Part shown: positions 27,918-37,439 of the stretch, one piece after another | How the letters are laid out: each line of letters opens with the position of its first letter | How positions within the stretch are numbered: position 1 is the stretch's first letter | Origin: a virus | Length of the DNA stretch: 64,000 nucleotides | Strand: one strand, 5' to 3' | Virus record (IMG/VR): IMGVR_UViG_3300036790_000270 | Location: 53,212-117,211 of that record | Made by a program: the position numbers and the translations under genes | The notes under the pieces: generated by a model | Databases searched by the model: none | The model's input: the letters and a program-made list of their open reading frames with translations, nothing else | Told to the model about the DNA's origin: nothing

Positions 27918-29744
27918 GTGAGTGCAGTATTTGGCGAGCTGGACGAGGCCGGGCAGCACATCCTGGTCACCTGTACCGGGGACGCGCACGACGTAAACGC
28001 GTTCGTCGCGGTGCTGCGCGCCATCACCCCGAACGTGACGCCCACGGACAACCCGAACGTGATGGCGGTGCCGCTGTCCTGGGCGGCCGTCGTCCAGCTG
28101 GCGCACGGCTTCCCCGGTGAGCCGCAGTGGGACGGCCGCCCGGGGCTCACCTGGGTACCGGGGGAGCAACTCGGCAAGTGGCTGATCGCCGAGATCATCC
28201 GGCGCTCCTGCGAGGGCGACTGGGCCGGGGAGTGGCCGGCCCTGGAGCCGATGAAGCACCAGCGCAGCGGGGCGATCGCCGTCGGGATGAACGGCCGGTT
28301 CCTGTTCGCCGACGATATGGGCACCGGCAAGACGATAACGTACTTCATGAGCCTGGCCGCACTGGAGGGCCGCAACCGGAACCCGTGGCCGGCGCTGCTC
28401 GTCACCCCGGCGAGCGTCGTCGACACCATCCTGGAGGAACTCCCGCGGTTCTACCCGGGCTGGGAGGCGGTCGCCTACCGGGGTACCCACCGCCAGCGGT
28501 TCCTGCGCTCCAACGCGCGCCTGCTGGTCATGGGGTACGAGACGATGCGCACCGACACCGGGGACAGCAAGAAGCCGGGGCCGCTGATGAAGTTCCGCGC
28601 GGGCACCGTCATCTACGATGAAGCGCACTTCCTGTGCAACTTCGACTCACTGCAGTCCCGTGAGGCGCGGAAGCTGGCGGCGAAGGTCCCTAACGTGATC
28701 GCCGGGTCCGGCACCCCGATCACTAGCAGCGTGGTCGGCTTCTGGCCGCTGCTCAGCGCGATGTACCCGGGCAGCTACCCGTCCCGGCAGCGGTGGAAGG
28801 ACCTGTACACCATCGGCCGCCGGGCACAGTACGGCAACGGCGACGCGGAGGTAAGCGGGCTGGACCCGCTGCGGGAAAAGCAGTTCCGCGCCGAGATGCA
28901 GGGCGTGTTCCGCCGGGTGGCGGCCGACGACGTGCTCGACCTGCCGCCCAAGTCCTACCAGGCGCGGTACGTGGAGATCCCGGCCGCCTGGCGGGCCGCC
29001 TACAACCAGATGGAAGCGGACATGCTGGCGGAGCTGCCCGACCAGATGACCCCGCTGGAGGCGAACGTCGCCGTCGTCAAGATGATGCGGCTGCGGCAGC
29101 TGGCCTGCTCGGCGTGCGACGTGGAGGTCACCCGGGGCATCGAGGGCAACCCGCGGTCCCCCAAGTTCGGCCAGGAGGTGGCGCACACCAGGGTCACCCT
29201 GAAGGAGCCCTGCTGGAAAGGCGCGGCGCTGGTATCGCTGCTCGACGAGATCCACCAGGCCGACGGGGAGCTGGACGACCGGGGCGTTCGTCACGGGCAC
29301 CGGGTCGGGTCACGGCCGGTCCTCGCGTTCGCCGAGCACGCGCAGCTGACCAGGCTGGCCGGGGCGATGGCGGAGAAGAAGGGGTACGTCACCGGGTACA
29401 TCGACGGGGACGTCAGCCAGAAGGACCGCACCAGCACCCGGCTGGCGCTGCAGGCCGGCGAGCTCGACCTGGTTTGCGTGACCACCGGGGCGGGCGGCGT
29501 CGGGCTGAACCTGACGGCGGCGGCCGACGTCGCGTTCCTCGCCAACCCGTGGGGGTTCGTCCCCCGGACCCAGTCGGAGCGGCGGTCGTGGCGGCGCGGG
29601 CAGGACAAGCCGGTGCGGGTTTACGATTTCGTCGCCAAGGACAGCGTGGAGTCGCGGATCGCCGCGCGGCTGAAGCAGAAGGCAGGCAACCTCGCTGACC
29701 TTGTCATGGACCGCCGGATAGTAGAAGAGTTCCTCGGCGGGTAA
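27918..29744 (+). CDS. SNF2-family DNA helicase
   Basis: 'LFADDMGTGKT', 'IYDEAH', 'SGTPI', 'GGVGLNLTAA', 'QSERRSWRRGQ'. Confidence 0.9.
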   Translation: MSAVFGELDEAGQHILVTCTGDAHDVNAFVAVLRAITPNVTPTDNPNVMAVPLSWAAVVQLAHGFPGEPQWDGRPGLTWVPGEQLGKWLIAEIIRRSCEGDWAGEWPALEPMKHQRSGAIAVGMNGRFLFADDMGTGKTITYFMSLAALEGRNRNPWPALLVTPASVVDTILEELPRFYPGWEAVAYRGTHRQRFLRSNARLLVMGYETMRTDTGDSKKPGPLMKFRAGTVIYDEAHFLCNFDSLQSREARKLAAKVPNVIAGSGTPITSSVVGFWPLLSAMYPGSYPSRQRWKDLYTIGRRAQYGNGDAEVSGLDPLREKQFRAEMQGVFRRVAADDVLDLPPKSYQARYVEIPAAWRAAYNQMEADMLAELPDQMTPLEANVAVVKMMRLRQLACSACDVEVTRGIEGNPRSPKFGQEVAHTRVTLKEPCWKGAALVSLLDEIHQADGELDDRGVRHGHRVGSRPVLAFAEHAQLTRLAGAMAEKKGYVTGYIDGDVSQKDRTSTRLALQAGELDLVCVTTGAGGVGLNLTAAADVAFLANPWGFVPRTQSERRSWRRGQDKPVRVYDFVAKDSVESRIAARLKQKAGNLADLVMDRRIVEEFLGG

Positions 29745-29761
29745 GACCCAGGGGGATGGGG

Positions 29762-29797
29762 GGCCAATCAGGTAACGGGGCCCGTATGCCGCACGCC
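29762..29797 (+). repeat. Solo TIGR-like unit (+ orientation)
   Basis: GGCCA-ATCAGGTAA-CGGGGCCCG-TATGCCGCA-CGCC. Confidence 0.75.
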
Positions 29798-30038
29798 CGG
29801 TCCCCGGGGCGCCGTCAGCGTGCCCGTAAAATCAGAGCCAGCAGCCCGCGACTAAGGAGGACGGATGAGCAGCCGGGAACCCGATGACGATGCGCGCGTG
29901 CCCTGGGATGACCTGCGCGTCCTTACCCTGGACGCACTGCACCGGTACGTGGCGGTCCTCGGCCTCAAGCCCGGTGACGTCCTTTACCCGGCGATCCTTG
30001 ACCGGCTGGAGCGCGAGGACGAGCTGGCGCGAGATGCT

Positions 30039-30345
30039 GATGACGAGTAAGCGGCGCCGCAACAAGCACCGCACGCACACCTACCACAAGCCGCCCGCGC
30101 AGAACAACCGCAAGGTCCGCGGGCACCACCACTGCGCGCGGTGCGGCAAGTGGTGCTACGTCAGCCGGGCCGAGGCGGAGGCCGCCGTGCGCACCCTGCA
30201 CCCGGGCGCCACCGTGCACTTCTACAAGTGCGGGGACTGGTGGCACTTCACCAGCATGACCGCCGAGCAGGTGGAGGGCATCCGGCAGCGCCAGGCGCAG
30301 GCCGCGGAAGACGAGGATGACTGGCCGGAACAAATGCCCGCGTGA
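30039..30345 (+). CDS. Small Cys/His-rich hypothetical protein
   Basis: 'CARCGKWCY...AEAA...FYKCGDWWHFTS' zinc-binding pattern common in actinophages; start approximate. Confidence 0.55.
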
Positions 30346-30368
30346 GACGGTTGCACCAGGCACGTCCC

Positions 30369-30404
30369 GGCCAACAAAAAAACGAGGCCCACAGCGGGAA
30401 CGCC
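30369..30404 (+). repeat. Solo TIGR-like unit (+ orientation)
   Basis: GGCCA-ACAAAAAAA-CGAGGCCCA-CAGCGGGAA-CGCC. Confidence 0.85.
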
Positions 30405-30702
30405 GGGGCACCCGCCTACCCAAAGGAGAGCACCGTGAGTAACGACGAGAGAAGCTTCGCTAACGGCGGCGGCGCGATGACCGGCAACACCGGCGCTATC
30501 GTATCCCTGCACCTGCGCCGCCTCTGGGAGTACGAGCAGGTACACGCGGCACAGCACAGCTTCTGGACCGTGCAGGCGTGAGCGGCCACAGCTGCTCTTA
30601 CACCGTGGAGATCGAGAGCTGGGAAGACAACGTGACCGGGGTCAAGTGGGTCCGGCTGCAGTGCTCGCATCCCGGTTGCGTTAATCAGACGGTCGACCGG
30701 GC

Positions 30703-31371
30703 GTGAGTAACCGCGGGCCTTTCCACCGGGCTTTTAACTGCGGGGTCGCCGCCGCGATGGCGGGCGTTATCGGCTTCTTGCTCGCCGACCCGCAGTCCTA
30801 CGCGGCCACGCAGTACATGGGGACAGCCATTCCCGTCGGTGGGCTCGCCCTGATAGCCGCGGACATCGTCAGCAAGCAGCTTGCGGCCCGGCGCGGACGG
30901 ATCGAGGGGGAAAAGCAGCAGCAGGAGACTGAGCGCAGGCGCCAGGAACTGGGCCTCGGATGGCGTATCCCGCCGCAGAAGCAACTGATGGCGCTGTCTG
31001 AGAAGTACGGGCTGCCCGTCGTCACGCTCCTGCAGAAAAGCGAGCCGCTGCCTGACTTCGTGATGGCGCTGCCGCCGGAGGAGAAGGCAGAGCAGGAGTA
31101 CGTGCCTGACGGCCAGTCGGAGCTAAGCGAGAACCTGTTCGACTCCCTGTTCACGCAGCACTGGGACCGGGACCGCGGGACCGCCGGGTACCACTGGGAG
31201 ATGAATGCCGAGTGGGCGGCCGAGGTGAAGAAGCTGAAGGACAAGGACGGCAGGCCGCTGTGGACGCAACGGCAGCGGATCATGCCGCCCGGCTACCCGA
31301 GTGATTACCTGTTCGGCTGCCCGGTCCGTACCGGGAATGAGTTCGGGGCGCCTAACCTGGTGGCAACGTGA
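30703..31371 (+). CDS. Membrane protein with a C-terminal HK97 major-capsid-like segment
   Basis: Two N-terminal hydrophobic helices; C-terminus 'WEMNAEWAAEVKKLKDKDGRPLW...LFGCPV'. Confidence 0.6.
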   Translation: MSNRGPFHRAFNCGVAAAMAGVIGFLLADPQSYAATQYMGTAIPVGGLALIAADIVSKQLAARRGRIEGEKQQQETERRRQELGLGWRIPPQKQLMALSEKYGLPVVTLLQKSEPLPDFVMALPPEEKAEQEYVPDGQSELSENLFDSLFTQHWDRDRGTAGYHWEMNAEWAAEVKKLKDKDGRPLWTQRQRIMPPGYPSDYLFGCPVRTGNEFGAPNLVAT

Positions 31372-32213
31372 CCAGGCACCAGCGGGGGATCACTGACGAT
31401 GACGAGTACGACGCCTTTATCACGCAGCTGCCGTCTGCGGAGGAACGCGTCATGCTAGCCCTGCGGGAAAGCCGGTACGTGACAGGCTTCTTCCCGCCGT
31501 ACTCCTCAGGTGCTACAGGCATGATCACGGACCTGCTAGCGGAACTGAAAGAAGAGTGGACCTCGAAAACATCATGATGATCGTGGGCATCGCCGCGGTC
31601 TCGGTGGCACTGGTCATGCTCAGCCTGATGCTCGCCGGGATCTGGGACGCCGGCCCGATGGCCGGGTGGTGGCTCAGTTAACGGGTTCTACCATTAGTTA
31701 TGCCTTTGACGCATCATCCGGTGCGGTTGTTCCGGTTGTCGTGCGGCTGCCTGCGCGAGTACCCGATGATGTCAGCGACCGTGCAGCACCTAGTGCTCTG
31801 CATCACCTGCCGCCAGGCAGTCATGACGGTACTCGCCTACCCCGAGCGCCGGTGCGGGGCCCGCGGGCACGCTGACGCCCGGTTCCCGCTGTCCTGCACG
31901 CTACCGCGCGCCGAGTGTAACGGGCGCTGGCACTTCGACGACTGCGCCAGCACCTGGTTCGCTACCGTAACCCCGAAACTAGCAGCCGTACGCGAGGGAA
32001 GGACAGGACGGGCATGAGCACGACCAGGCTTTGCGGTGCCCCCAGCACCACCCGGCCGGGCTGGTCCCTTAACTTCGCGCAGTGCCTGTGGGAGCTGCAC
32101 GACGAGCGCGGCACAACGGTAACCCGGGTGACCGCCGAGCTGCTGGCACTGGGCCCGGCCGTGGAAGAGCTCCTGGAAGCCCGGTTCGGCGTGCCGTTCC
32201 CGAAGGAGGGCCG

Positions 32214-33020
32214 GTGACCCGCAAGCTCCGCATGCTGGCGGCCTGCGAGTGCTCCGGCCTGGTCCGCGACGCGTTCGCCGCAAGAGACTGGGAGGCGTGG
32301 TCGGCGGACATCCTGCCGAGTGAGACCCCGGCCCGGTACACGCGGCTGGACGACGACTGCTACGTCCGCGACCAGAGCATCGACGTGCTGTCCTGCCACT
32401 ACCAGGGCGACGTCCGCGACCTGTTCAGCCCGTGGCACCCGATGAACGAGGAGCGGCGCAAGCGCACGCAGGAGCTGTGGCCGCTGTGGGACCTGGTGAT
32501 CGCGTTCCCGCCGTGCACGCACCTGTCGCTGGCCGGGGCGGTGTGGTGGAAGGTGAAGCGGGAGCCGCAGCTCGACCAGGACAGCGGCCAGTACACGCTG
32601 CCGTCGGTGCAGGACGAGGCCGCCGCGTTCTTCATGGAGATGGTTCGCGCCCCGGCGGCGCACGTCGCGGTGGAGAACCCGCGCGGCGACATGACCCGCC
32701 GTTACCGCCCGCCTGACCAGTACGTGCAGCCGTGGATGTTCGGCGACCCGCTGATCAAGGCAACCGCCCTGTGGCTGGAGAACCTGCCGCCGCTGTACCA
32801 GACGTCCGCGCGGGAGGACTTCCCCGGACTGGGCCGGGTGGCGACCGGCGGGGGCAGCTGGCGGACCGACAAGGCAGCCGGGAAGAAGGCGATGAACACG
32901 CACGAGGACGGCAAGGGCCGTGAGCACCGGCAGCGGGAACGCAACCGCACCCTGCCCGGCCTCGCCCGCGCGATGGCACAGCAGTGGGGCGCCTTCATCG
33001 AGGAGCAGCATGGCAACTAA
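32214..33020 (+). CDS. Phage DNA cytosine methyltransferase-like protein
   Basis: 'MLAACECSGLVRDAF', 'WDLVIAFPPCTHL' (catalytic PC), 'VAVENP', 'QPWMFG'. Confidence 0.8.
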   Translation: MTRKLRMLAACECSGLVRDAFAARDWEAWSADILPSETPARYTRLDDDCYVRDQSIDVLSCHYQGDVRDLFSPWHPMNEERRKRTQELWPLWDLVIAFPPCTHLSLAGAVWWKVKREPQLDQDSGQYTLPSVQDEAAAFFMEMVRAPAAHVAVENPRGDMTRRYRPPDQYVQPWMFGDPLIKATALWLENLPPLYQTSAREDFPGLGRVATGGGSWRTDKAAGKKAMNTHEDGKGREHRQRERNRTLPGLARAMAQQWGAFIEEQHGN

Positions 33021-33303
33021 GGAGATCGAGCTGCGGGTGACCGTCGTCGTCAGTGAGGAAACGGACCTGCAGATCGTGCCGACGAGGGTGTGGCTCGCGC
33101 TGGACGACGCCTTTACCTTCGGCGTTAAGACCGTGGAGCTGGCCGATGCCGAGTGAGATCACGGTGAAAACAGCATTCGGCGAGTACACGTTCCGTGAGT
33201 GCATCGCGTGCCGCCTCTGGAATCACTGGCACGATACCCTAGACGGTTCCTGCGAGGACCCGCGGTGCGAGTGCCCGTACCGGCCCGGAGAGGTGAGGTT
33301 CAC

Positions 33304-33804
33304 GTGATCGACAGCTGCGTCGGGTGCGACCCGGGCCCGGCCACCGGCCTGTGCTTCCTCGACTACCAGGACGGCAGGCTTGTCGGGCGCACCCTCCTCC
33401 AGGCGGAGGGCAGTACCGCGGTCATCGTGCTGCGCGGGCTGCTGCAGGCGTACTACAGCGATGGCGCCAGGCACTACAGGCGCGTCGGGTCGGTGGAGAA
33501 GTTCCTTACCGGAGCAGGCGCCGGGTCACGCGGGAAGAACGCTGACGTCACCCGGCAGCTGGTCTACGAGCTGGCCGAGGTACTGCAGCTGTTCGGCTAC
33601 CAGGTAGCCATCCGGCCGGCCGCCGACGTCAAGCCGTGGGCGAGCAGCAAGCGCCTGGTGGCCGCGGGCATCGTCAGCTCGGAGAAAGGCATGCACGGCG
33701 ACATGAACCACAGCTACGACGCGGCCCGGCACTGCCTGTACGGGGCGCACGAGGCCGGCGTCATCCGGGACCCGCTGATCCGGGGCGCCCGTGCCGAAGC
33801 ATGA
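33304..33804 (+). CDS. RuvC-like Holliday junction resolvase
   Basis: 'VGCDPGPATG', 'VEKF', 'HSYDAARH'. Confidence 0.75.
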   Translation: MIDSCVGCDPGPATGLCFLDYQDGRLVGRTLLQAEGSTAVIVLRGLLQAYYSDGARHYRRVGSVEKFLTGAGAGSRGKNADVTRQLVYELAEVLQLFGYQVAIRPAADVKPWASSKRLVAAGIVSSEKGMHGDMNHSYDAARHCLYGAHEAGVIRDPLIRGARAEA

Positions 33805-33969
33805 GGAACAGCGGCAGTGCAACGTGACCTGGGGGAGCTGCGACAAGCGCAGCCTGAGCGTGCCCGGGAAGAAGTCACTGCCGCACATCTGCAGCCTGTG
33901 GGGCGGGCACCGGGTACATATCTGCGACTACTGCCTGGTGCTGCAGCGGTAACAAGGGAAGAGGAACAC

Positions 33970-34122
33970 GTGAGCGAGGAACAGTGCGCGCTGTGCGGCG
34001 GCTCCGGTCAGCGGGACTGCCCGTTCTGCAATAACTGCCCGTCCTGCAGTACAGCCTGCCGGGCGTGCAACTACACCGGCAAGGTATCGTGCCCGGACTG
34101 CAAGGGCCGGGGCTCCCGGTAA
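33970..34122 (+). CDS. Cys-rich DnaJ-type zinc-finger micro-protein
   Basis: 'CALCGGSG...CPFC..CPSC...CRAC...CPDCKGRG'; GAGGA RBS. Confidence 0.55.
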   Translation: MSEEQCALCGGSGQRDCPFCNNCPSCSTACRACNYTGKVSCPDCKGRGSR

Positions 34123-34869
34123 CAAGGAGGACTAGAAGCTCATGACGGAAACCCCGTTCGGGCACCAGTGGGGGGCGTGGTCGGAGTGGGCGTACGCCTG
34201 CGGTGACCAGGACACCCGCCATCGCGCCTGCACCCGCTGCCCCGCGGTCGACCCCGGCTACCGGCGGCACGCGCACCAGTGGAAGGAGCACCCCGACGTC
34301 TTCGCCCCGGTCGGTACCGGCGCCACCATCAGCGTGTGCAGCGCCTGCCGTACGGTGAAAGGCAGCTGATGGCCTTTCAGGTCCTCGTGAAAACTACCCC
34401 GGGGATGCTCGGCTCCTACTCCTACGACGTGGTCAGCCGGGAGGTCGCCGAGGTTTTCGTGCGCCGCTCCGACGTCTGGTGGTACGCGTTCCCCGTGGAA
34501 GACGAGACACTAGACGGCAGCAGCTGGAAGAAAGGCGGCGCGTGGGCTCAGCCGCCCGAGGCCGGCAACGACGTCGCCGCGGCGGTCCCGCTGGAAGCGT
34601 ACGGGAACCGGGTTAGTGACGGGCTCGACCGTGAACGTCCCGCTGTACCGCGGGGGAGCCAGGTCGTAACAGAGGAAAACGAGGACGACGAGGATGACGG
34701 CCGATGGGGCTAGCTGGTGCGCCCGCTGCCAGCACATGATCCGGGTGGCCGACGGCATCTGGGTGCACGTCAGCAGCGACGACTGGGCGGCCGGGGACTG
34801 CTACTGCACCTCGCAGCTGGCCCGCTGCGTGCCCGCGGTCAAGTTCCGCCGGGCTCGTATACTCCGGGA

Positions 34870-35724
34870 ATGAGCTTCACGTTCGCGTTCGACGTCACCG
34901 CCCCGTTCTTCAGCCAGGTCCCGCAGGGCTACCAGCTGGCCGGGTACGACACCGGCGACGGCGTCGCCTGGACCCCGGCGATGTGGGCCGCGCACCCTGG
35001 CGCCGTGCACATCGACCAGGACCCGGGCGCGGTCGTTACCACCGCGGACGTGCTCGACTGCGAGAACGGGGCGGTACCGGTCGGGTCACCGAGGATCGCC
35101 GCCTGGGCGCGGGACGCGCAGGTGTCGTACGCGGAAGCCCGGCGCCCCGGCCAGCGCAGCCCGCTGCTGTACTGCTCGGCCTCCAACGTCACCGCCAACG
35201 TGAACGCGCTGGTCGCCGGCGGGGTGAGCTCCGGGACGGGCCTGTGGGTGGCGGACTGGAGCCTGTCGTCGGCGCAGGCGGTAGCCGAGCTCGCCGCCGC
35301 GGCCGGGCCGTTCCCCGTGCAGGGCATCCAGTTCAGTGACGACGGTGACTTTGACGCCGACATCTTCTCCACCGCCTGGCTGGATGACGTCTCCGGGGAC
35401 GGCTGGGTATTCGGGCCGGTCCGCAACGCCGCCTTCTGGCCGGGGATCACCACGTTCGGGGTGAGCGGCAACTCACCGGGCACCCCGCAGGCCCTCGGCG
35501 TCGGGGACTACGAGGTCGCGGTGTTCCCCGGGTCGTCATTCGGGTCGGGGCCGCAGGTGCCCGGCTACCCGGTTTACCTGCCGAAAGGCCCGGAGTCCGC
35601 GTTCAGCTACACGGGGCACGACATCGGCCAGCACGCGCGGGTCACTATCGGGGTCCGGGCGATCGCCACCGACGGCGGCCATGCCTCCCCGTGGGTGACC
35701 GGCACCATCACGACGGGCACCTGA
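34870..35724 (+). CDS. Putative endolysin (GH25/DUF1906-like muramidase fold plus C-terminal FnIII-like domain)
   Basis: 'AGYDTG...DVLDCENG...PLLYCSAS...LWVADWS...GIQF...DADIF' pattern of GH25-like lysins. Confidence 0.65.
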   Translation: MSFTFAFDVTAPFFSQVPQGYQLAGYDTGDGVAWTPAMWAAHPGAVHIDQDPGAVVTTADVLDCENGAVPVGSPRIAAWARDAQVSYAEARRPGQRSPLLYCSASNVTANVNALVAGGVSSGTGLWVADWSLSSAQAVAELAAAAGPFPVQGIQFSDDGDFDADIFSTAWLDDVSGDGWVFGPVRNAAFWPGITTFGVSGNSPGTPQALGVGDYEVAVFPGSSFGSGPQVPGYPVYLPKGPESAFSYTGHDIGQHARVTIGVRAIATDGGHASPWVTGTITTGT

Positions 35725-35818
35725 TGCGCGCGGCGCTGCGCAGGCTTGACCCCGGCCTGGTGCTGATCGGGGTGTTCCTCGGCTTCGCGGCCCTCACCCT
35801 GGTCATCCTGCTGTAGTA

Positions 35819-36307
35819 CTAAGCGGGCAGGTCGGGGCGCTTGCGGCGGTACCCCTGCCTGCCGGTGACCGGCGGCTTGCGCGGCCAGCGGGAACGCTGC
35901 GCAGTGACCTGGGCCTCGGCCTCAGCTCGCTTCTCCTCGATGACGGCGCGCTCGGCCGCGGTGACCTCATGGAAGTCCGGGCACTCCGTAGCGCCGATCC
36001 AGGAGCGCAGCACCTTCCCGCAGCCGGCGCAGACCTCCTGGTGGTCGCAGTACCAGGCCAGCTTGCCGTTGCTGCGCCAGCCAGCCGACCACTGGCACCG
36101 GCCGGGACGCGGCCCGGGGTAGACGCGCATCCGGAGCTGAGGCTGGTGCGGTCCTTTCCAGTGGGCGGCCTTGCACAGGTCCCGGTCTTTCTTACCGGGC
36201 GCCTTCGCCGCGGGCTCGGTCACCGCGCGGGCCACCTCGTCACGCCGGGAGCCGGGGGTCCCCCGTTCCCAGGCGGAGCGGGCGTGCCGCTCGAAGCGCT
36301 TCGGCAT
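35819..36307 (-). CDS. Hypothetical basic Cys/His-containing protein
   Basis: 162-aa ORF in the leftward block. Confidence 0.5.
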   Translation of the reverse strand: MPKRFERHARSAWERGTPGSRRDEVARAVTEPAAKAPGKKDRDLCKAAHWKGPHQPQLRMRVYPGPRPGRCQWSAGWRSNGKLAWYCDHQEVCAGCGKVLRSWIGATECPDFHEVTAAERAVIEEKRAEAEAQVTAQRSRWPRKPPVTGRQGYRRKRPDLPA

Positions 36308-36440
36308 GTTAACCCCGCTTCAGGTTCCGGGTGTGAACCCGGTGATCTTAAACATGACTTCCGGTATCCCGCAGTGCACGCTAGCCGGCTGCGTGAGCGC
36401 AAGATCGGCGTAAACGGCGGAGCAGCCGCTGCGGCAGCCG

Positions 36441-36749
36441 TCACACAGCAGGTCCTCCTGCGTTATCGCCAGCGTGCACCGCACCGCCCCCCACCTCGGG
36501 CACCGGCACGTGCGATCGGGAATGCTCACCTGGCTCCTCCTGCCGGACGATGTGCGCGATCAGTTCCTTGCTGCAGCCGATCTCCCTCGCCAGCGCGCCC
36601 AGCGTCCAGGTGACCGGGTCAGCCGCGCGCAGCCTCCGGACAATATGGTCGCGGGTCGCCCGGCGCCGTCGGGCCTCACTGTCACTGGAGGCAGCCGACG
36701 CGTGGCAGGTACGCGCCTGGGCGAGGAGAATACGATCGGTTTCAGTCAC
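36441..36749 (-). CDS. HTH DNA-binding protein
   Basis: 'WTLGALAREIGCSKELIAHIVR' HTH. Confidence 0.6.
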   Translation of the reverse strand: MTETDRILLAQARTCHASAASSDSEARRRRATRDHIVRRLRAADPVTWTLGALAREIGCSKELIAHIVRQEEPGEHSRSHVPVPEVGGGAVHAGDNAGGPAV

Positions 36750-36791
36750 CTGTCCTTGTTACCCTGCTTTACCGCTGGTTACCAGCACTGC

Positions 36792-36905
36792 TTAGTCGTG
36801 CCACCCGTTGCCGCAGTTACCGCAGACGTGGCCGCTGTGCGCGCCGGACCCCTGGCAGGTACCACCGCACTTGCTGCACGTCGCCGTGCAACCTGAATTC
36901 GCCAT
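36792..36905 (-). CDS. 37-aa Cys-rich peptide
   Basis: MANSGCTATCSKCGGTCQGSGAHSGHVCGNCGNGWHD; GGGAG RBS. Confidence 0.55.
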   Translation of the reverse strand: MANSGCTATCSKCGGTCQGSGAHSGHVCGNCGNGWHD

Positions 36906-36962
36906 GACCTGCTCCCTCCCGGAAATTGGTGGGCCCCCGCCCATGCCCAGGACGGGGGCCCG

Positions 36963-37035
36963 ATGACATCGGGGGACTTGAACCCCCAACTTCAGTCTCC
37001 TAATGACTGCGCGCTACCAATTGCGCCAGGTGTCT
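36963..37035 (-). tRNA. tRNA with anticodon UAG (nominally Leu), atypical
   Basis: AGACACC-TG-GCGC-AATTGGTA-GCGC-G-CAGTC-ATTAGGA-GACTG-AAGTT-GGGGG-TTCAAGT-CCCCC-GATGTCA-T; two acceptor-stem mismatches, short variable loop, no encoded CCA. Confidence 0.8.
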
Positions 37036-37059
37036 GTTTGGTGCCCTCAGTGTCGTTAA

Positions 37060-37260
37060 GGAACGGCAGGTCTTGCGACGGGTAACGCTCTGCCGGCTGA
37101 GCTAGGGGACCATGCGGAGGTCCCCCGGGGGGTCGAACCCCGGACCTTTACCCTGGTACTACCGTCCTCGCGGGGAGGACCTAACGGCTAACGGCGCGAA
37201 GGACAAGGAGCGAACGGCTAAGCAGTCCGGCTCACGGCTAACGGCTAAGTGCTAGGTCCT
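37060..37260 (-). ncRNA. Structured ncRNA with a circularly permuted tRNA-like domain (core 37080-37153; YrlA/Y-RNA-like) and a TTAGCCG-repeat 5' region; boundaries approximate
   Basis: GGGTAA-AGGTC-CGGGG-TTCGACC-CCCCG-GGGGACC-(TCCGCAT loop)-GGTCCCC-TA-GCTC-AGCCGGCA-GAGC-G-TTACCC: T-arm precedes D-arm and all stems pair perfectly. Confidence 0.85.
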
Positions 37261-37314
37261 TACGTGTAACAGCTTACACGGTCACCTGGTAAATGCAACC
37301 TGTACGGCGGGCAA

Positions 37315-37424
37315 GGCGTCGCCAGTTTGGGTTTCGCCGTCGTCATGGCCTCACGCGCCGCACAAGCCGTTCCGCAGGCAGGGAGTAAGGCGTGTGGTTA
37401 TTGGGTCTCGTCAGGTAGGTAGCC
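37315..37424 (-). repeat. Two solo TIGR-like units (37315-37350, 37389-37424)
   Basis: GGCG-TCGCCAGTT-TGGGTTTCG-CCGTCGTCA-TGGCC; GGCG-TGTGGTTAT-TGGGTCTCG-TCAGGTAGG-TAGCC. Confidence 0.8.
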
Positions 37425-37439
37425 TCACGCCCCGCCTTG

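Noticed and set aside
37080-37153. Ordinary tRNA gene or two-piece tmRNA
   Set aside because: Halves are in swapped order with no anticodon loop; no G3:U70 Ala identity pair, it keeps a full D-stem, and I could not identify a tag reading frame.
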